A stretch of DNA of 64,000 bases, taken from Squalus acanthias (lineage: Eukaryota). The DNA is taken from NCBI GenBank assembly GCA_030390025.1, contig CM059432.1, positions 76,138,001-76,202,000 on the forward strand, read 5' to 3'. Below are positions 37,669 through 51,171 of this stretch, piece by piece. The notes under the pieces were generated by a model that saw nothing but the letters and a program-made list of their open reading frames with translations, did no database searches and was not told where the DNA came from. Positions within the stretch are counted from its first letter, which is position 1. Each line of letters starts with the position of its first letter. The position numbers and the translations under genes were made by a program.

Positions 37669-40229
37669 ACCCATCAGTTTGAGCTGAATTTAAACTCGGA
37701 TCTTGGAAATAAAAGGTAGTGATTCCTGGTTTATTCTACTAATATGCACAGGGATCTTGTAAAATAATTGTTCTGGATTTGTGGCTGATTTTTATAATAG
37801 AAATGATGTACTGTTTAAATTGGATTTGTCACAACTGTATGTTCTATATTTGCTGTTCTAGGTAATTCTGACATTCATCTGAGAAATTTGCATTAGTCCA
37901 AATTGTATGCAGATCCAAGAAGAACATGTAATTCTTCCCTCTCCTTCCTTTGCTTATACAAAAACTATCCCCTTTGATTCTTGCACTTGAAGAGTCAGAA
38001 AAGGAGAAGCATACATTTACTTCAATTTTGTAGGAAGCACTGATTCTGACAGGCATATTTAGATACCAGGTTATGGCTGGTGAAGAGAGGTTTGGACTTA
38101 GCTTTTTTGCTCACACTCAATGTTTGGGTTCGTGCATAAAGAATGGCCACTTGGGTAAAGTAACAGTAGGTTTGTGTGCCAGTGAAGCATCAGTCAGATG
38201 AGAAAGTATTTAAGAACATAGCACTGTGTTCTGGTTTTAGATCTTCCTGAAGTTAATTGTGCAGATTCTGTGCAGTTTTACAGGCAAGGAAAACACCTCG
38301 TGGTCCTTAAAATGACATGAACTTTTGACCAATCTTAAATGAGAAATCAGAATAAAAACTGAGGCTAAATGCTCACTGGTGATAGTTTGAGCAGTGTGCT
38401 ATGAAGATTTATTGGCTATCAATGTTTCCATATAGCAATTATAGAGTACCATAGGAGGTCTTTGTTCCAAGTGATAGGAATACAAGTTACAATATTTTGG
38501 CTTTGACTACTTACACACGTTCTTCATAAAATGTTGCAAAAGTTACCCCTATTTTCACAATTAGCAAGACTGGATGTGCTTTTTGGAGGCTGACTCTGAC
38601 TATTAACGCAAATTGGTCCTTCAAGCACCTTTGTAGACTCTGACCTGCCAAGCAATTTATGGATTTCAACATGGCACAACCTCCAATCAGGCCAGGACTC
38701 ATCCATGGACTGTTCTGAAGTTAACTTCACCACTGAGTAATCCTGACCTCTAACCTGAACTATCAGCAGTAATGTTATAACCCCTTGCTCTTGTTCCACT
38801 TGCATGTCATCTTGAATTCTGCCCCTGAAACCACCTTCCTTAGCTCCAATTCCCCATCCTTTGCTCTTTTCTCCCATGTCTGCTGTTCTTCTCCCTCCGG
38901 CATTCCTTCCTCTAGTTTTCCCATTTGAACTCCTTTCTCTCTGCCATCCTAAACTCTGGTCCTTTCTATGTCTTAATCTAGACATCCTCATTGTGCCTAT
39001 TGGGATGTGTCAGCAGTCTACTACCAACAGGCACCTAAGCTGTCTTATTCCCCTTGCCTGGCATGTTCCTGAGGTAAATTTCTCGAGCCACCTCCTGTGT
39101 TATCTTAAGTCATGGTCTCCCCCTCTGCCTTGTAAAATATTTTCTGTCTTGTAAGCAAAGTCAACCCAGCCATGACCTAATCATGGAGTGCATCAACATT
39201 CTGGGCCTGCTTAAAACACCTGGTTTCATCCTGATAACTCCTTCACATTCACTGTGGCTGCTTCATATGGATTCACATTCCACCATGTTCCCTGCCCGCT
39301 GCAGCAAGGATGTGACTAATCTCCAGATTCCACTTTGGCCTATCTCTTACTCTTCCAATCCATTCCCCATGTCGGAACACCTCATCCTTACCAGTCCTCT
39401 CATTTCTTCAAAATCCTTATTCCACTTGATCAAAGGCACAGTACTATAGTCTAGATGTCTTGGTTGTAGAGTTATGGCAAAAGGTTACCTGTTAAAATGC
39501 TTTAATTGTGTTTGCTCATCATTTCATTGAGACTAGGGATACTCTTGCAGTTTCCTCTCGCGTCTGAACTTTAATAGAAAATCATGGGGAGCTTGTGTCC
39601 AAATTCTGGATATGCACTCGTAAGGAAAGAGTTAATCAGATTGTTCTGAAGTCTGCTAATGTTATATTGCTATTGATTTATCTTATATTGTAGCAATAGT
39701 AACTTTTAGCTTTTGCCTGTTGAAAGCCAATAAAGCTTGCCATGGTTACTGTCGGAAAAGGGGTGTTAGTCCTTGAACAATAACTTCCACGTGATTCAAG
39801 CTCGTGGTTTGTTCAAGTTTTTTTTATATATATGTGAATGACAACAGTATTGTTCTTGTACAACTGTTCTACCATATTACATTAAATGACAAGCAAGTCA
39901 TACAACTTGGATCCTGGATTGATCAGACCGGACTCTCTAGGCTGCCTGCAATGTCTGGGACTTCTGAGCATTCTAACTTTCAAAGGATGAAAGCTCTATC
40001 TTTATACTATTTGGCTACCTCAGGCTGCATGTATTCATCTCCTGTTCTTGTCTCCTAGTCATAAGTTATCCCATCATTCAAGCTCTGCTTTAGTGGACTA
40101 TGGGATGGTGGTGGCCTCATTCTCTGGCTGGAGACACAGTCTGTACCTCCCTGAGGAATGCATAAGACTATGCTTTCAAAGTACTTGGTTATTTACAGCT
40201 GTCAAAATGCTACAAGGTGCAGAAGGTAG

Positions 40230-41217
40230 GTAATGGTGTTCCACAAGGACCACTGCTGTTCACAATTTACATTAACGATTTAGACTTCGGATTTCAAAAA
40301 CACAATTTCTAAATTTGCGGATGACACCAAATTGGGTGGGGGTAGTCAATACTGAGGAGGACTGCAACAAGTTACAGGAGGACATTAATAAACTTGCAGA
40401 ATGGGCATATAATTAGCAAATGAAGTTCAACACAGATAAATGTGAGGTATTACATTTTGGTAGGAGAATAGGGTTCCATTTGGAGGGTGCGAGTCTAGGT
40501 GGGGCAGAGGAACAAAGGGATCGAGGAGTACAAATACACAAATCACAAAGTTGCGACACAAGTTAGCAAGGTCATAAAAAAAGAGCAAACCAAGCACGGG
40601 TTTATTTCTAGAGCGATAGAATTGAAAAGTAGGGAAGTTATGCTAAACCTGTATTGAGCCTTGGTTAGACCACACTTCGAGTACTGCGTACAGTTCTAGT
40701 CGCCATATTCTAAAAAGGATATAGAGGTACTGGAGAGGGTGCAGAGAAGATTTACAAGGATAATACCAGAAATGCGAGGGTATACATATCAGGAAAGGAT
40801 GAACAGGCTGGGTCTCTTTTCTCAAAAAAAGGCTGGGGTGACCTAATAGAGGTCTTTAAAAATTATGAAAAACTTTGATAGAGTGGATACAGAGAGAATG
40901 TTTCCATTTGTGGGGAAGAGCATAACTAGAGGCCATCAATAAGATAGTCACCAAGCAATCCCAACAGGGAGTTCAGAAGAAACTTCTTTACCCAAAGAGT
41001 GGTGAGAATGTGGAACTTGCTACCACAGGGAGTGGTTGAAGTGAATAGTATAGATGCATTTAAGGGGAGGCTAGACAAGCATATGAGGGAAAGGGGAATA
41101 GAGGGTTATGCTAATAGATTTAGATGAGGAAAGATGGGAGGAGACTTGTGTGGAGCATGAATGGTGGCATAGACTGGTTGGGCTGAATGGCCTGTTTCTG
41201 TGCTGTATATCCTATGT
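40230..41217 (+). mobile_element. CR1 3' fragment
   Basis: KFADDTKLG and LVRPHFEYCVQF remnants; tail gggctgaatggcctgtttctgtgctgta. Confidence 0.85.
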
Positions 41218-41454
41218 AAGCGAGAGCAGTTTCCCATGTTGGGTATGTGTGGCTCCTAGCAACCAGCTTTCTTATCTAGTTAAGGGTCACCTCTTGACCT
41301 GGGAGTTACAGCTAAAGGGAACTTCAGCATTCTGTGTCTCGAAGCTTCCTTTGTTCACAAGCACCAAGAACGAGTCAATCCCCACCCCCTTCCTCCACAT
41401 TGTTCTCTGGCTAAATTGTTAACGTAAAGCCTACTGGGATACTTGACTAATCCA

Positions 41455-41655
41455 CACCCTGGGGCCAATATTTATCACTGAAAAAAACATGATCTGGTCA
41501 TTATCACATTGCTGTTTGTGGGAGCTTGTGCTCAAATTGGCTGCTGTGTTTCCTACATTACAACAGTGACCACACTTCAAAAGTACTTAATTGGTTGTAA
41601 AGCGCTTTGGGACGTCCTGAGGTTGTGAAAGGAGCTGTATAAATGCAAGCCTTTT
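41455..41655 (+). mobile_element. Deu-SINE 3' half
   Basis: ggccaatatttatc...attatcacattgctgtttgtgggagcttg...aaatgcaag. Confidence 0.75.
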
Positions 41656-41679
41656 CTAAAATATTCTAACCTGTTAAGT

Positions 41680-42702
41680 GAGGAAATATAAGCCAATTTA
41701 GAGTCTCTGAGGTGGCTAAGCTTAAGTCTTAAGCTGCAATGCTGGTTTAGCCCGTGTTTAGCGCAAGACACCATCTTCATAAAGGGGTTGAAGCCAGCGC
41801 CAGGAGTTGAGCGTGGAGGCTCATTAAACAGCTGATTGCCACTTAAAATGCCTGCTAGTGCTCATTAAAGAGGCTGCACAGCATTTTGATGGCTCGCACT
41901 TCAACTAACGCCCTCTCCCAACAGCGACTAGCTGTTTGGGAGTAAACATGATGTTGATTTCAAGCACTACTTAAAGAGATACTCACCATTTCATGTTCAT
42001 TGCTGCTGGAGGTGTGAAGAGGACCTCTGAAACACATTGGGAGACTTTCTGGAACACTGTCAAGGCTTCAACACTGGAGCAACATCTATTGTGGAAATTC
42101 TCTGAGGACTTCACCTTTTAACAAAAAAAGTAAGTGCTGTGCTACTCCACCTTATTGGACACCTTATAGGAGAAAGGGAGTGCTTGGTCATGGGCATCAT
42201 GCTAGAGGTCCCCCTTGGTCTGGACAAGGAATGGGAGGAGGACATGAGGCCAGGTAGAGCAGCACCAACTGTGCTGCAGCAGAGGACAGGAGGGTGAGGT
42301 GGTATCTTTTCTCCACCCCCCACTGAGTACAGGACAATCATCGTCCTCTGGACCTTCTCCACCAGGACCTCCAGTATCGCATTAGACAACCTGTGTGCCC
42401 TCTCCCTCAGTCCCTGAGCCATCCTGCGACATGCTGCTGTGTGCCAGCCACAGCACTCCACACCTTCAGTGGCAGTGGGTGCGAGGAGCCCACATATACT
42501 GCTCCACGAAAATAGTGTCCAGTCAGCACTTGAGTGCTAAAGCTGCAGGTTTCTGGTTTAGCACCTCCAGGCAAGTTCATATTATGGTAATCAGCAATTC
42601 TGACCAATATTGTGTGCTAAATCTAGACTTTTAAAGAGGCTAGTGTTATTAGCATAGCACCCATTTAGTGCCTGTTTTCACCCTTTGGCCAACATAACCC
42701 TC
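41680..42702. mobile_element. Internally deleted Harbinger element with a Myb/SANT ORF start (-) and a probable transposase start (+)
   Basis: Minus strand MAQGLRERAHRLSNAILEVLVEKVQR resembles the Myb_DNA-bind_5 start. Plus strand has MGIMLEVPLGLDKEWEEDMR near 42190. Ends are approximate. Confidence 0.55.
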
Positions 42703-42882
42703 TTAATCTAATTAAAAAACATTCCAATGCATGCTGCAGATAATTTTAATGAGTTGAAATGTTTATTCTGGAGACTACATCTGTGAATACCATCCTTTTT
42801 AGAAGCAAGAGATTGGTATGGAGTGGTACAGATTTATAATCAGAAGTTTCACATGGAAGTATAGCAACAAGAGCCTCTGACT

Positions 42883-45681
42883 TTTTTTTAATTTGTTCCT
42901 GGGATGTGGGCATCGCTGGCAAGGCCAGCATTTATTGTCCATCCCTAGTTGCCCTTGAGAAGGTGGTGGTGAGCCGCCGCCTTGAACCGCTGCAGTCCGT
43001 GTGGTGAAGGTACTCCCACAGTGCTGTTAGGGAGGGAGTTCCAGGATTTTGACCCAGCAACGATGAAGGAACGGCAATATACTTCCAAGTCAGGATGGTT
43101 TGTGACTTGGAGGGGAACTTGGAGGTGGTGGTGTTCCCATGCGCCTGCTGCCCTTGTCCTTCTAGGTGGTAGAGGTCACGGGTTTGGGAGGTGCTGCCAA
43201 AGAAGCCTTGGCAAGTTGCTGCCGTGCATCTTGTAGATGGTACACACTGCAGCCACGGTACGCCAGTGATGGCGGGAGTGAATGCTTAAGGTGGTGGATG
43301 GGGTGCCAATCAAGCGGGCTGCTTTGTCTTGGATGGTATTGAGCTTCTTTAGTGTTGTTGGAGCTGCACTCACCCAGGCAAGTTAAGAGTATTCCATCAC
43401 ACTCCTGACATGTGCCTTGTAGATGGTGGAGAGGCTTTGGGGTGTCAGGAGGTGAGACACTCGCCGCAGAATACCCAGCCTCTGACCCGCTCTTGTTGCC
43501 ACAGTATTTATGTGACTGGTCCAGTTAAGTTTCTGGTCAATGGTAACTCCCAGGATATTGATGGTGGGGGATTCGGCATTAGTAATGCCGTTGAATGTCA
43601 AGGGGCGGTGGTTAGACGTTCGCTTTTTGGAGATAGGCATTGCCTGGCAGATGTGTGGCACAAATGTTACCTGCCACTTATCAGCCCAAGCCTGAATGTC
43701 GTCCACGTCTTGCTGCATGCAGGCATGGACTGCTTCATTATCTGAGGAGTTGCGAATGGCACTGAACATTGTGCAGTCATCAGCGAGCATTCCCACTTCT
43801 GACCTTATGATGGAGCGAAGGTCATTGATGAAGCAGCTGAAGATGGTTGGGCCTAGGACACTGCCCTGAGGAACTCCTGCAGCGGTGTCCTGGGGCTGTG
43901 ATGATTGACCGCCAACCATGACAACCATCTTCCTTTGTGCTAGGTATGACTCCAGCCTGTGGAGAGTTTTCCCCCCGATTCCCATTCACTTCAGTTTTAC
44001 TAGGGCTCCTTGATGCCACACTTGGTCAAATGCTGCCTTGATGTCAAGGGCAGTCACTCTCACCTCACCTCTGGAATTCAGCTCTTTTGTCCATGTTTGA
44101 CCAAGGCCGTAATGAGGTCTGGAGCTGAGTGGTCCTGGCGGAACCCAAACTGGGCATTAGTGAGCAGGTTATTGGTGAGTAAGTGCTGCTTGATAGCACT
44201 GTCGACGACACCATCCATCACTTTGCTGATGATTGAGAGTAGACTGATGGGGCAGGTAATTGGCCAAATTGGATTTGTCCTGCTTTTTGTGGACCGGACA
44301 CACCTGGGCAGTTTTCCACATTATCGGATAGATGGCAGTTATAGCTGTACTGGAACAGCTTGGCTAGAGGCGCGGCTAGTTCTGGGGCACAAGTTTTCAG
44401 CACGATAGTCGGGATGTTGTCGGGGCCCACAGCCTTTGCTGTATCCAGTGTGCTCAGCCGTTTCTTGATATCACGTGGAGTGAATCGAATTGGCTGAAGA
44501 CTGGCTTCTGTGGTGGTGGGGACCTCAGGAGGAGGCTGATATGGATCATCCACTCAGCACTTCTGGCTGAAGATGGTTGCAAACGCTTCAGCTTTGTCTT
44601 TTGCACTCACGTACTGGGCTTCACCATCATTGAGGATGGGGATATTCATGGAGCCTCCTCCTCCCGTTAGTTGTTTAATAGTCCACCACCATTCACGACT
44701 GGATGTGGCAGGACTGCAGAGCTTTGATCTGATCCGTTGATTGTGGGATCGCTTAGCCCTGTCTATAGTATGCTGCTTCCTCTTTTTAGCATGCATGTAG
44801 TCCTGTGTTGCAGTTTCCCCAGGTTGGCAGCTCATTTTTAGGTACGCCTGGTGCTGCTCCTGGCATGCTCTTCTACACTCCTGATTGAACTAAGGTTGGT
44901 CCCCTGGCTTGATGATAATGGTAGAGTGAGGGATATGCCGGGCCATGAGGTTACAGATTGTGGTGGAATACAATTCTGCTACTGCTGATGGCCCACAGTG
45001 CCTCATGGATGCCCAGTTTTGAGCTGCTAGATCTGTTCTGAATCTATCCCATTTAGCACGGTGGTAGTGCCGCACAACACGATGGAGGGTGTCCTCAGTG
45101 TGAAGATGGGACTTCGTCTCCACAATGACTGTGCGGTGGTCACTGCTACCAATAATGTCATGGACAGATGCATCTGCGACAGGTAGATTGGTGAGGACGA
45201 GGTCAAGTAGGTTTTTCCCTCGTTTTGGTTCTCTCACCATCTGTCGCAGGCCCAGGCTGGCAGCTATATCCTTCAGGACTCAGCCAGCTCGGTCAGTAGT
45301 GGTGCTACCGAGCCACTCTTGGTGATGGATATTGAAGTCCTCCACCCAGAGTACATTCTGTGCCTTTGCTACTCTCAGTGCTTCTTCCAATTGGTGTTCA
45401 ACATGTCCAAGTACTGATTCATCAGCTGAGGGAGGGCAGTAGGTGGTAATCAGCAGGAGATTTCCTTGCCCATGCTTGACCTGAAGCCATGAGACTTCAT
45501 GGGGTGTAGAGTCAATGTTGAGGACTCCCAGGGCCACTCCTTCCCGACTGTATACCACTGTGCCGCCACCCCTGGTGGGACAGGACATACCCAGGGATGG
45601 TGATGGAGGAGTTTGGGACATTGGCTGAAAGGTATGATTCTGTGAGTATGACTATGTCAGGCTGTTGCTTGACTCGTCTGT
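42883..45681 (-). mobile_element. CR1-group (Zenon-like) LINE ORF2, nearly complete but frameshifted
   Basis: APE motifs PDIVILTESYL and EDFNIHH, then GVPQGSVLGP, LADDC and YKAHVRSVMEYS. Confidence 0.88.
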
Positions 45682-46489
45682 GGATGAATGGTTCCTGGGT
45701 TTTAGTTATAGAAATGAACTCCAGGCTCAGCATGTGTCGTATATCCAAATCTGGCAACACTCTTTGTATTATAGCATTAGAAGCCTGTCTGGCCTGCTTT
45801 TGGTCTTAGGTCTTGGGTTTGAAGTGTAGACACAGACTCACACCATCAGACTCTGCCTTTTCAATGCTGTTTTATTGTGAGGGAAACATAATTTCTGGCT
45901 TTCTGGAAGGGAAAAAGGATGCAACTGTTAACAGTAATGTTTCTTAGACTCAGTGATAGTTGACCTTCAAGAGCTGGCACAAAATGGCCTCCAAACATAT
46001 AATGAGAGAATTATCTCCTTTTACATGTATACAATGCACTTGGCGGGAATATGAGTGACCGTTCAGTGCTACAGATGTAGTTGCACAAAAGTAACACTGG
46101 AGGGAGCCAAATTGACATTGATAACATTACAGTGCAACAAAATTTAAAGAAAAACACCATTAATTTATTCAAAAATAGTTTACTTACTATTCACTTGCCA
46201 GCATTATACATCTGATAATGGTTGCTCTGAAGGGAAAAGTTATTCATTTGTTTTTAAATTTCAAAATATGCAGCAGAGGTGAGGACGCTATCCTTTCACC
46301 TCTGGGATTTCACCTTCTTCCTATTTTACTCCTAACTTCCTAATTTTGAACGTGCGCCCTTGTACTTGATCCATTCATCAAAATTAGATATTTAAATGAA
46401 GTTTCATAATAAATTTAGCTAAGGAGTTCATCTGTATAAATGGCTTTGGTAAAATGGAGGAGAAATAAATTCCCTGTGAGTGAGTTATT

Positions 46490-47190
46490 GGCCCAGAATT
46501 TGCAGGAGCCGGGCATCTCGCAGTGAACAGCATGAGTTGAATTCTTTTCCTCACCCTTTAGCTCCAATTATTTTTGTGCCACAAATTGCTGGAAGTGTGA
46601 ACTGATAACAGCGCGGGGCATCTGGGACCTTAGTGAACGACAGGACCAACAGTTTTAAGGATCGAGGGGAAAAAAGAGGAATGACGGAGAAGGAAACGGG
46701 TGAATTGGAGTCAAATTAGATACAGAAAGAGAAATAAAGAGCTGGAAAGAAAGATTGGATTAAGCGAGAGAGAAAAGAGACAAAGGAAAAGTAAGAGAAA
46801 AAAAATAAAATTTGTAAAACCTCTAGGAACAATTTACTAGCTGCAGGAATGAAACTCCACAATTTGAATTGTTCCCGTTCTTGGACTCCAAGGTTGTGTG
46901 ACATTGCAGGAACACAAATCTCCTCATTAACAGGGTGTGAAATAACAGCCCTAACCTTCCACAGCATGTTTACTTCATATTTCTCCGCATAATCCAGCAA
47001 TTTCTTGAAACTGACGGGGAGATTGATGGCAAGATTTCATTTTAATGGATAAGCAATGGTCCAGCAATTTGTGGCAATTCACAACTCACAGCTTATCTCT
47101 TCCTCACCACAAATTGCTGGGCTTTTTTTACGTATGAGTAACGGCGTGCACCTTTTAATTCACCATTCTTTCCCCAGCAAATTCTGGGCC
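46490..47190. mobile_element. Harbinger-type MITE
   Basis: Perfect 14-bp TIR ggcccagaatttgc / gcaaattctgggcc; flanks att/aat. Confidence 0.8.
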
Positions 47191-47280
47191 AATGTGCTTG
47201 CACCACACTGATTTCACAATTTATGTTCTTCAGATGCTGTGCTCAGCAGTCTGTTTCTGCAGTCTTACCATGTGTTCCAT

Positions 47281-47709
47281 TTATCCACATGTACGCTGGC
47301 GACTCCCAGCTCTACCTCACCACCACCTCTCTCGGCCCCTCCACTGTCTCTAATTTGTCACGTTCCTTGTCCGACATCCAGTACTGGATGAGCAGAAATT
47401 TCTTCCAACTAAATATTGGAAAGACTGAAGCCACCCTCCATAAACTTGAACTCATCTAAAACTCTGCTGCCCGTATCATAACTCGCACCAAGTCCCATTC
47501 ATCCATCACCCCTGTGCTCGCTGACCTACATTGGCTTCAGGTCCGGCAATGTTTAGATTCTAAAGTTCTCATCCTTGTTTTCAAATCCCTCCATGGCCTC
47601 GGCCCTGCCTATCTTTGTCGCCTCATTTTATCTGATAACGCTCCTATGAAGCGCGTTGGAATGTTTTACTACGTTAAAGGCGCTATATAAATGCAAGGTG
47701 TTGTTGTTG
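47281..47709 (+). mobile_element. L2 3' fragment with internal deletions
   Basis: HMYAGDSQLY...LNIGKTEA joined directly to downstream L2 segments; (gtt)n tail. Confidence 0.8.
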
Positions 47710-48474
47710 CTCTCTCTTTTTATTACTTTATGACAATTCTCACTGCTTATTACAGAAGGTGGACCTGTGAGGTCAAAGGTTCTGACAAAGGCGTCCACAA
47801 TGGTGAATGTTTTGTCACATTCATGCTCGTTATACATGTGGAAATTGGGAAGCATGGTAGTTAAAACTGCAGTGCTTTTTGCCGCACCAGTCCTATCGCT
47901 CAGGTGGGACTCCAAGGCAATTGCGATAAGCTACATGCCGGAGCATCCATCGTGTACACCCTGACCAGTAAAACCTTCCGGATCAGGATATTTGTGGTGC
48001 CATGAGGAGCTGGGCTGTTACTTTGGGACCCACAACGAAAGGTTTAGGCCTCTGCCGCCCTGGGCTCCTCTCCTCTGGGCCGCCTGATCCTCACGCGACT
48101 GGCTAACTGCCTCTGCGCCAGTTTCAGCTGCCTCTTTACGCCCGGCCATTCAGCACCTTTCCCCTGCTTTCTGCCTGGGAGTTAAAATCCTCGCTAATGT
48201 AATAATGTTCTCTTACAAAATCTGGAGAAATGCCAACTGAGACAAGTTTCAGAACAGGACAGAACCTGCTTTGTCTTTTTCCAGATGCTGCATTTTTTTT
48301 GTTTCCAACATTTTCTGTTTTTGTTTCAGAACAGCCTTGTTGTGCTGTGCTCAGAGCTCCGCTTTCTGGGACTGCACCCCAGGAATCGAGCTCAATGAGA
48401 GAGGGCTGAAAATAGTCTTCCGATCTGTTCCATTTTATTGTTATGCAAATATTAACACTTTTTAAATTTTACTT

Positions 48475-49140
48475 GGGGGAGAATTTCAACTGCCGACTGC
48501 CCGTTTCTCACCTGAATAATGGGTGACTGGTAGTTGAGAACCTGAAGGGGACCTTTTGCACATATTTGCCCCCTTAAATCAACTTTCGGGCAGGCGTTTA
48601 AACGGTTGCCCACCACTCCCACCAAAAAAAACGGGTGGGAGGCTGTTTAGATATGCAAATGAGGGTTGTAGGACCCTGATTGCAACTTTCAAGGGCAAAT
48701 GGGCAAAGTATGCCCGGTTCGCACCAATCCCACTTACTCCAGGTGTCGAGAGGCCACCAGCGATTTTGTGAAGGACTGCTGGAGGCCTCTCCCAAGTGGT
48801 ACATTTTTGGAGTTTTTCGTAAACTTTTTGTGGGGCCAGAATGAGCAGAAGTGCTCATCCCCATCCCAACCCCACAAAAGTCATCCAACTCATAGCTGGC
48901 TCAGTCTCCTGTGCTCCCCATCATCCGCTCCTCCCCCCAACCGGCCTTACCCGCTGACCAGCTGTGCGCAGCTGAATTTGCTTGTGGATGGACTGGCAAG
49001 TGCCCATTTGGTGCCCGCAGCTCAACGAAAAGATGTTAATTGGCCCAAACCTGAAAGTGGTGCAGGGCTCCTGACTGCTGCGTTGGAAGAGCGCTACATG
49101 TGCACTGCTGATATTTGGTGCCCAAGCCGAAGTCTCCCCC
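48475..49140. mobile_element. Harbinger-type MITE
   Basis: TIRs gggggagaattt / aagtctccccc; flanks ctt/gtt. Confidence 0.6.
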
Positions 49141-49189
49141 GTTCTCTTTAGTCAAACTTGATATTTTATTTTACACAATTTGAAAGAGA

Positions 49190-49480
49190 AAACTGCCACG
49201 TACGTAGCCCTCCCAAAGCACTTTACAATCAATGGATTACTTTTAAAAGTCCATCACTGTTACTATGTAGGCAAATGTGGCAACCAATTTGGCTCAGCAA
49301 GATGGATGACCAGATAATCTATATTTTTGTAATGTTGGTTGAGGGAAGAGTTTTAGCTCGGACAGTGGGAGAACTTCTTGCACTTCTTCAAATTAAATCT
49401 TTAAAGTCCAGCTGATGTGGCAGCCTGGGCATCGGTTTATTGCCTCATTTAAAAGACAACACCTCCAACAATGCAACAGT
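49190..49480 (-). mobile_element. Decayed Deu-SINE
   Basis: Degenerate match to 4998-5451. Confidence 0.55.
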
Positions 49481-49574
49481 TTTGCAATGAATGATATAGA
49501 AAATATGACATCAAACTGTGTGGGGGTTCTAGTCCAAATTTTGTGTAATTTAGAATTGATCTGGAAAATATATA

Positions 49575-49785
49575 TTTTTTTTAAATTCGTTTATGGGATC
49601 AGGGCATCGCTGGCAAGGCCAGCATTTATTGCCCATCCCTAGTTGCCCTTGAGAAGGTGGTGGTGAGCCGCCTTCTTGAACTGCTGCAGTCCGTGTGGTG
49701 AAGGTACTCCCACAGTGCTGTTAGGTAGGGAGTTCCAGGATTTTGACCCAGCGACGATGAAGGAACGGCGATATATTTACAAGTC
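49575..49785 (-). mobile_element. Zenon-like LINE 3' end
   Basis: Nearly identical to 42883-43090. Confidence 0.85.
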
Positions 49786-51165
49786 AAAATGCATGCAGCT
49801 CAGCAGAGCTTGGCGCGTCCTGCGCCCTCTGGCGATGACTCTCCACTGCTGTCCCTGTCAACACCATCTGCTCTTGCTCACTTGTGATGTGTGAGACACC
49901 AGGTGATAACACTACTCTATCTCTCACAGGACCCACCGAGGTGTGCGTATCTGCGCTGGTGCTGGGTGCGCATGGGTCTGGTGACGGTGCACCGTCAGAG
50001 ACTGGTGCTTCCTCTGAGGAGTTGTCTTCCTCCTCTAGCTGGACACTTAGGGGGCACTTGATGGACCTGTGGACATGAATTAGAAGTCTTATGATAAGAA
50101 TGTGTAACAATACTATAATGCACATGATGACGTTTCAATGGCTGCTGACCATATGAGTGACTGTTGTTTGCCATGTGGCTGAATGAGATTTAATTCTGTC
50201 ACCAGGTTGCTGGGAGGTCCCCCTCTCTCCGTCTCCCACCACCAGCAGCTCTGCAACTCCAGATGTTTCTAGTGCCTCCTCCTCTGCTGGAGTCAAATTG
50301 GTGAATATTGGAGGGCCACCTCTGGTTTGTTGCCTCTTCCTGTTGTTCCGGGCTCTCTTCTCCTGCAAGGAGGGAAAGAAGAGAACTTTGAGTGAGAGTG
50401 ATGGAATGAGTGTGAGGAATGGATGGGCTACATCTGTAGAAGGTGATTATGAGGGAGTGGGGTGCCAATGCCAAATGGCCTCCTTCTGTAGTGTTACTTC
50501 CTATGATTGCATTAGGATGAGGGAGAGTGTCAGTGATGGTTAGTCAGATGGGGATGTGAGTAGGTGCATACAGAGAGAGGGATGGGTGGACGTACAAGGT
50601 AGGTTGGTGTGAGGAGTGATGTGCAGGAGTAGGCTTGGGAAGGCAGAGTGATGGGGTTGGGGTGACAGACACTTCAGGATGTAGGTGAATTCACTCACTT
50701 TTGCACTCACCTTTCCTGACCTCATGAGATCATTAAATCTTTTGCGGCACTGGATCCATGTCCGCCTCATGACATCCCTGCAGCTGACCTCCTCCGTGAT
50801 CTCCAGCCATGCCCTCTTAGTGTCTCTGGCTGGTCTTTTGTGGCCACCTGCAGGGAACAGGACCTCCCTGCATCAGCACTTCCAGGGAGGCATCAGTGAA
50901 GTTGGGCACAGCCTTCTGTCAGTGTGTCTCCATGACACACACAAATCTCAGTATTATACAGCAATTTGTAGCTCTCCCAAACACCTTTATCTCTCTTACA
51001 AAAACCTTCAACTGGGATGTGTGCAAGGCTGCTTTAAATATCTGTGCTGAAAACGAGTCATCGGTGACGTTATCAGACCCGCTACATTTAATTGGACCGG
51101 GAAACCAGCATGACTGTTTCAATTGAGTTAAACGTGCAGTGCAGAGTTGAAAGATTCGGGCTGGC
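49786..51165 (-). mobile_element. Harbinger transposon fragment carrying a three-exon Myb/SANT gene relic (exons 50933-50711, 50362-50203, 50066-~49786)
   Basis: PNFTDASLEVL...AWLEITEEVS...RTWIQCRKRFNDL | EKRARNNRKRQQTRGGPP...LTPAEE; GT-AG introns; an in-frame TGA and frameshifts. Confidence 0.8.
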
Positions 51166-51171
51166 TTGAGA

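Noticed and set aside
38480..39450. Possible coding or old LINE region (ORFs 38524-38991, 39183-39449)
   Set aside because: No motif I can identify with confidence; left unannotated.
47760..48195. GC-rich segment with ORFs 47628-47915 and 47767-47964
   Set aside because: Probably another DNA-transposon fragment; no second TIR or protein motif could be established.
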